The notes beneath the pieces were generated by a model. The model made no database searches, was not told where the DNA came from, and saw only the letters and a list, made by a program, of their open reading frames with translations. Made by a program: the position numbers and the translations under genes. From an uncultured Actinomycetota bacterium (lineage in GTDB: Bacteria; Actinomycetota; Actinomycetes; Mycobacteriales; Mycobacteriaceae): a DNA stretch of 64,000 bases. Location: positions 8,317 to 72,316 of the forward strand of contig CAWKOI010000005.1 of the NCBI GenBank assembly GCA_963851115.1, written 5' to 3'. Positions 61,377-64,000 of the stretch are shown piece by piece (position 1 is the stretch's first letter; each line of letters opens with the position of its first letter).

Positions 61377-62942
61377 CGCGGCCGACCGTCTCGCAGGCCG
61401 AGGCCTGGCGGCCGGCAGCGTTGCGTCGACGTGGCCGACGCCTGGGACCAGGCGGCGTCGACGACTGATCGCGAGGGTCGACACCGTCGCGGGACACAGC
61501 GTGCGACTTCTGGAGCGGCGAGGCCGCTGATGCCGCCCGCGAGCGCGCCGGCGCCATCGCCGCCGACGGCAAGGCGCTCGGCGCGATCGCTGGTCATCGC
61601 GTCGGTCGCCGCCCGCGACGGCGCCGATCAGATCGCGGCAGCGCAGGCCGACGTGCTGGCGCGGGTTGCCGCTGCCCGCGACGAGGGATTCGTCGTCGAC
61701 GACGACGGGTCGGTGTCGGTGCGGGCCGGATCCCCCGCCGCTGCTGGTCGCCCTGTCCGGCGGCGATCCTGGAGTGGCCCGCGACATGCTGACGGTGCGG
61801 GCCGCCGAGTTGAGCCCGCCAGATCCGTGACGCGCTGGACCGCCTGGGCGCCGCCGACGCCGACGCCGCCGCCGACATCGCGGAGGCCTTCACGCCGTCC
61901 GTCGCCCCGACGGTTCCGGCCGTGCCGCACCGACGGTGCCTGCCGGCCGCGCTGGCCGGCGATGAGCCAGGACAGCATCGCCGATCAGATCGCCGCGATG
62001 ACACCGGACCAGCGGGAGCGCCTGATCGCCGAGTTTCCGCGGCAGGTCGGCAACACCGACGGCGTGCCGTGGGACATGCGCGTCGCCGCGAACCGGATCA
62101 ACATCGCGCAGGCGATCATCGATAGCAGACGATCCGAATGACGCGATCGCGCTGTATCGGAGCCTGCTCGGCGAGGTCGACGATCCGGCCGGCGGCGGCC
62201 GGCGGGTCGACCGGCAGATCCTTGCCTTCGACCCCGGCCGGTCGTCACTGGTGGAACTGAACGGGAATCTGTCGACCGCGACGAGCGTGGCGGTGCTGGT
62301 TCCCGGGTTGAACACCACGATCGAGGGTTCGGCGGCCAACACCCAGACCGCCCGGCGGTTCGTCTCGGCGACCGGCGGTGATGTCGCGACCATCACCTAC
62401 CTCGGCGGCCCGTTTCCGCGGGCGGCAACCCGGTCACCGGCGTTGGTCGACGCCGCCAACCCGCGCTACGCGCTGGACATGGCGCCGCGGCTGGTCGCCG
62501 TTCAGCGAAGACGTCGACCGCACACGCCCGGTCGTATCCCGGTCACCTACATCGGCCACTCCTACGGCGGTTCGATCCTGGGCACCGCCGAGGCAATGGG
62601 GCTGACCGCCGACCGCACGTTGTACCTGGCGGCGGCCGGCGCCGGAGTGGGCGTCGACGATCCCGGCGACTGGCACAACCGCAACCCGCATGTGCTGCGG
62701 TTTTCAATGACGGCGCCCGGCGACTTCATCGAGGCCGTGCAGGGCATTCCCGGTGGGCCGCATGGCGCCGATCCTGACGAGATGCCTGGCGTAATCCATT
62801 TGGCCACAGGCTATTACGACGACGGCCGGTTGATGGCGGGTCCCAGGCGCACACCGACGTGCTCAACTGGCCGTCGGACTCGTGGCGCAACATTCTGGCG
62901 GTCATCACCGGTGATCGCGAGGGCATACGGGTGGCCGGTTGA
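61373..62942 (+). CDS. Alpha/beta hydrolase (DUF1023-like) with WXG-like N-terminal domain (many frameshifts)
   Basis: Fragments PTVSQAEAWRP, FWSGEAADAA, GFVVDDDGSV, VGNTDGVPWDMRVAANRINI, VAVLVPGLNTT, YIGHSYGG, HGADPDEMPG. Confidence 0.65.
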
Positions 62943-63066
62943 CGCAGCGACCGTGCAGGATTCATTCGCGACGCGCCGACGAGCCGTACCAAACCGCACA
63001 GCGGGTGGCTGCAATGATTCGGAAACCATGCACCAAGCCGGGCTGACAAATCGCCAGAATGAGCCA

Positions 63067-63955
63067 ATGTGGTCGCGCAGCGCCCCGGTGGACGGGTTTC
63101 GGTTGGCCTTTGACCGATTCGGGAAAAAGAGCGCGCCACCGGTGGTGTTGCTGCACGGATGGCCGGGCAACCGGCATGACTATCGCCGAGTCGTCCCGAT
63201 GCTCGGCGAGGTCGCCGACGTCATCGTTCCCGACCTGCGCGGTTTCGGTGGCTCCGACAAACACGCGGTGGCGGTGCGTCACTTCTACAGCGCCACCGCC
63301 CAAGCCAGCAGCGTCGTCGGTCTGATCAAAGAACTGGGTCTGTCCGACGTCGTGCTCGCGGGCTACGACGTCGGCAGCCGCGTCGCCCAGAGCGTGGCGC
63401 GGATGCACCCCGGTCTCGTCCAGGCGCTGGTGCTCTCTCCCCCGCTACCCGGCGCCGGCGATCGCGTCCTCACCGCGCAGGCACAGGGCGAGTTCTGGTA
63501 CCAGGCATTCCACCAGCTGCCGCTCGCCGGGCAGTTGATCGACGGAAATCCGGATGCGGTCCGGGAGTATCTGCGGCACTTCTGGAGTCATTGGTCGGGT
63601 CCGAATTTCACTCTCTCCGAAGATGATCTGGACCGCCTTGTCGCGGATTATGCGCTACCGGGCGCATTCACCTCGTCGATCGCCTGGTACCGCGCCGGCG
63701 CCGGGATGATCGCCCAATCCCTCACCGAGCTGCCACCTGAGCGCGCCATCAAGATCCACGCGCCCACGGATGTGCTGTGGCCACAGCATGATCCGCTGTT
63801 CCCGCGCGAATGGGCCGATCGGCTGGAGCACTACTTCATCGACGTGCAACTGCATTTCGCCGACGATGTCGGTGCATTTCACGCCGCTGGAGTGCCCCGA
63901 CCAGTTCGCGGAGCTTGTCCTCATCCGTGCTCAAACCAGTCAAGGCGACGGCTGA
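63067..63955 (+). CDS. Epoxide-hydrolase-like alpha/beta hydrolase (one frameshift near 63875; main frame absent from ORF track)
   Basis: VVLLHGWPG, VPDLRGFGGSD, AGYDVGS nucleophile elbow, WYQAFHQ, WYRA, tail HFTPLECP. Confidence 0.85.
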
Positions 63956-64000
63956 TTCGGCGAATCAACAGCCGACGTAGTTCACCGACACGTTCACGGC

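Noticed and set aside
1-64000. rRNA, tRNA, IS elements, integrase or prophage genes
   Set aside because: No such signatures were recognised; nearly all sequence is accounted for by protein-coding genes

Overview
A GC-rich chromosomal segment from a mycobacterium, most likely a rapid-growing Mycolicibacterium (lnt and ppm1 are separate genes, unlike M. tuberculosis). The backbone is syntenic with M. tuberculosis Rv2045c-Rv2097c: lipT, lppI, rbpA, ppm1, lnt, amidohydrolase, fxsA, cobN, cobG-H-IJ, cobK-M-L, F420-dependent biliverdin reductase, pepE, fenA, helY, tatC-tatA and pafC-pafB-pafA. Accessory modules are interspersed: LacI-controlled sugar catabolism, xylB, gluconate uptake, a copper amine oxidase/kinase operon, kmtR-CDF, AraC-VOC, BVMO/TauD and a type VII-like substrate pair. 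About 19 genes carry small indels, including normally essential ppm1, while 40.7-59 kb is clean, so most frameshifts are probably sequencing errors. Three genes instead have large internal deletions. The most interesting signals are (1) an IdeR-box-preceded two-gene operon encoding a 7-Cys/His metal-binding microprotein, (2) a winged-helix/alpha-beta-hydrolase one-component regulator next to three 11-bp-period direct repeats at the promoter of an uncharacterised lipoprotein, (3) an orphan WXG-like + lipase type VII substrate pair, (4) an unannotated 34-aa membrane peptide, and (5) repeated use of TAG stop codons as -10 boxes. No rRNA, tRNA, CRISPR, transposase or integrase was seen. Family names come from recognising protein motifs by eye, not from database searches.
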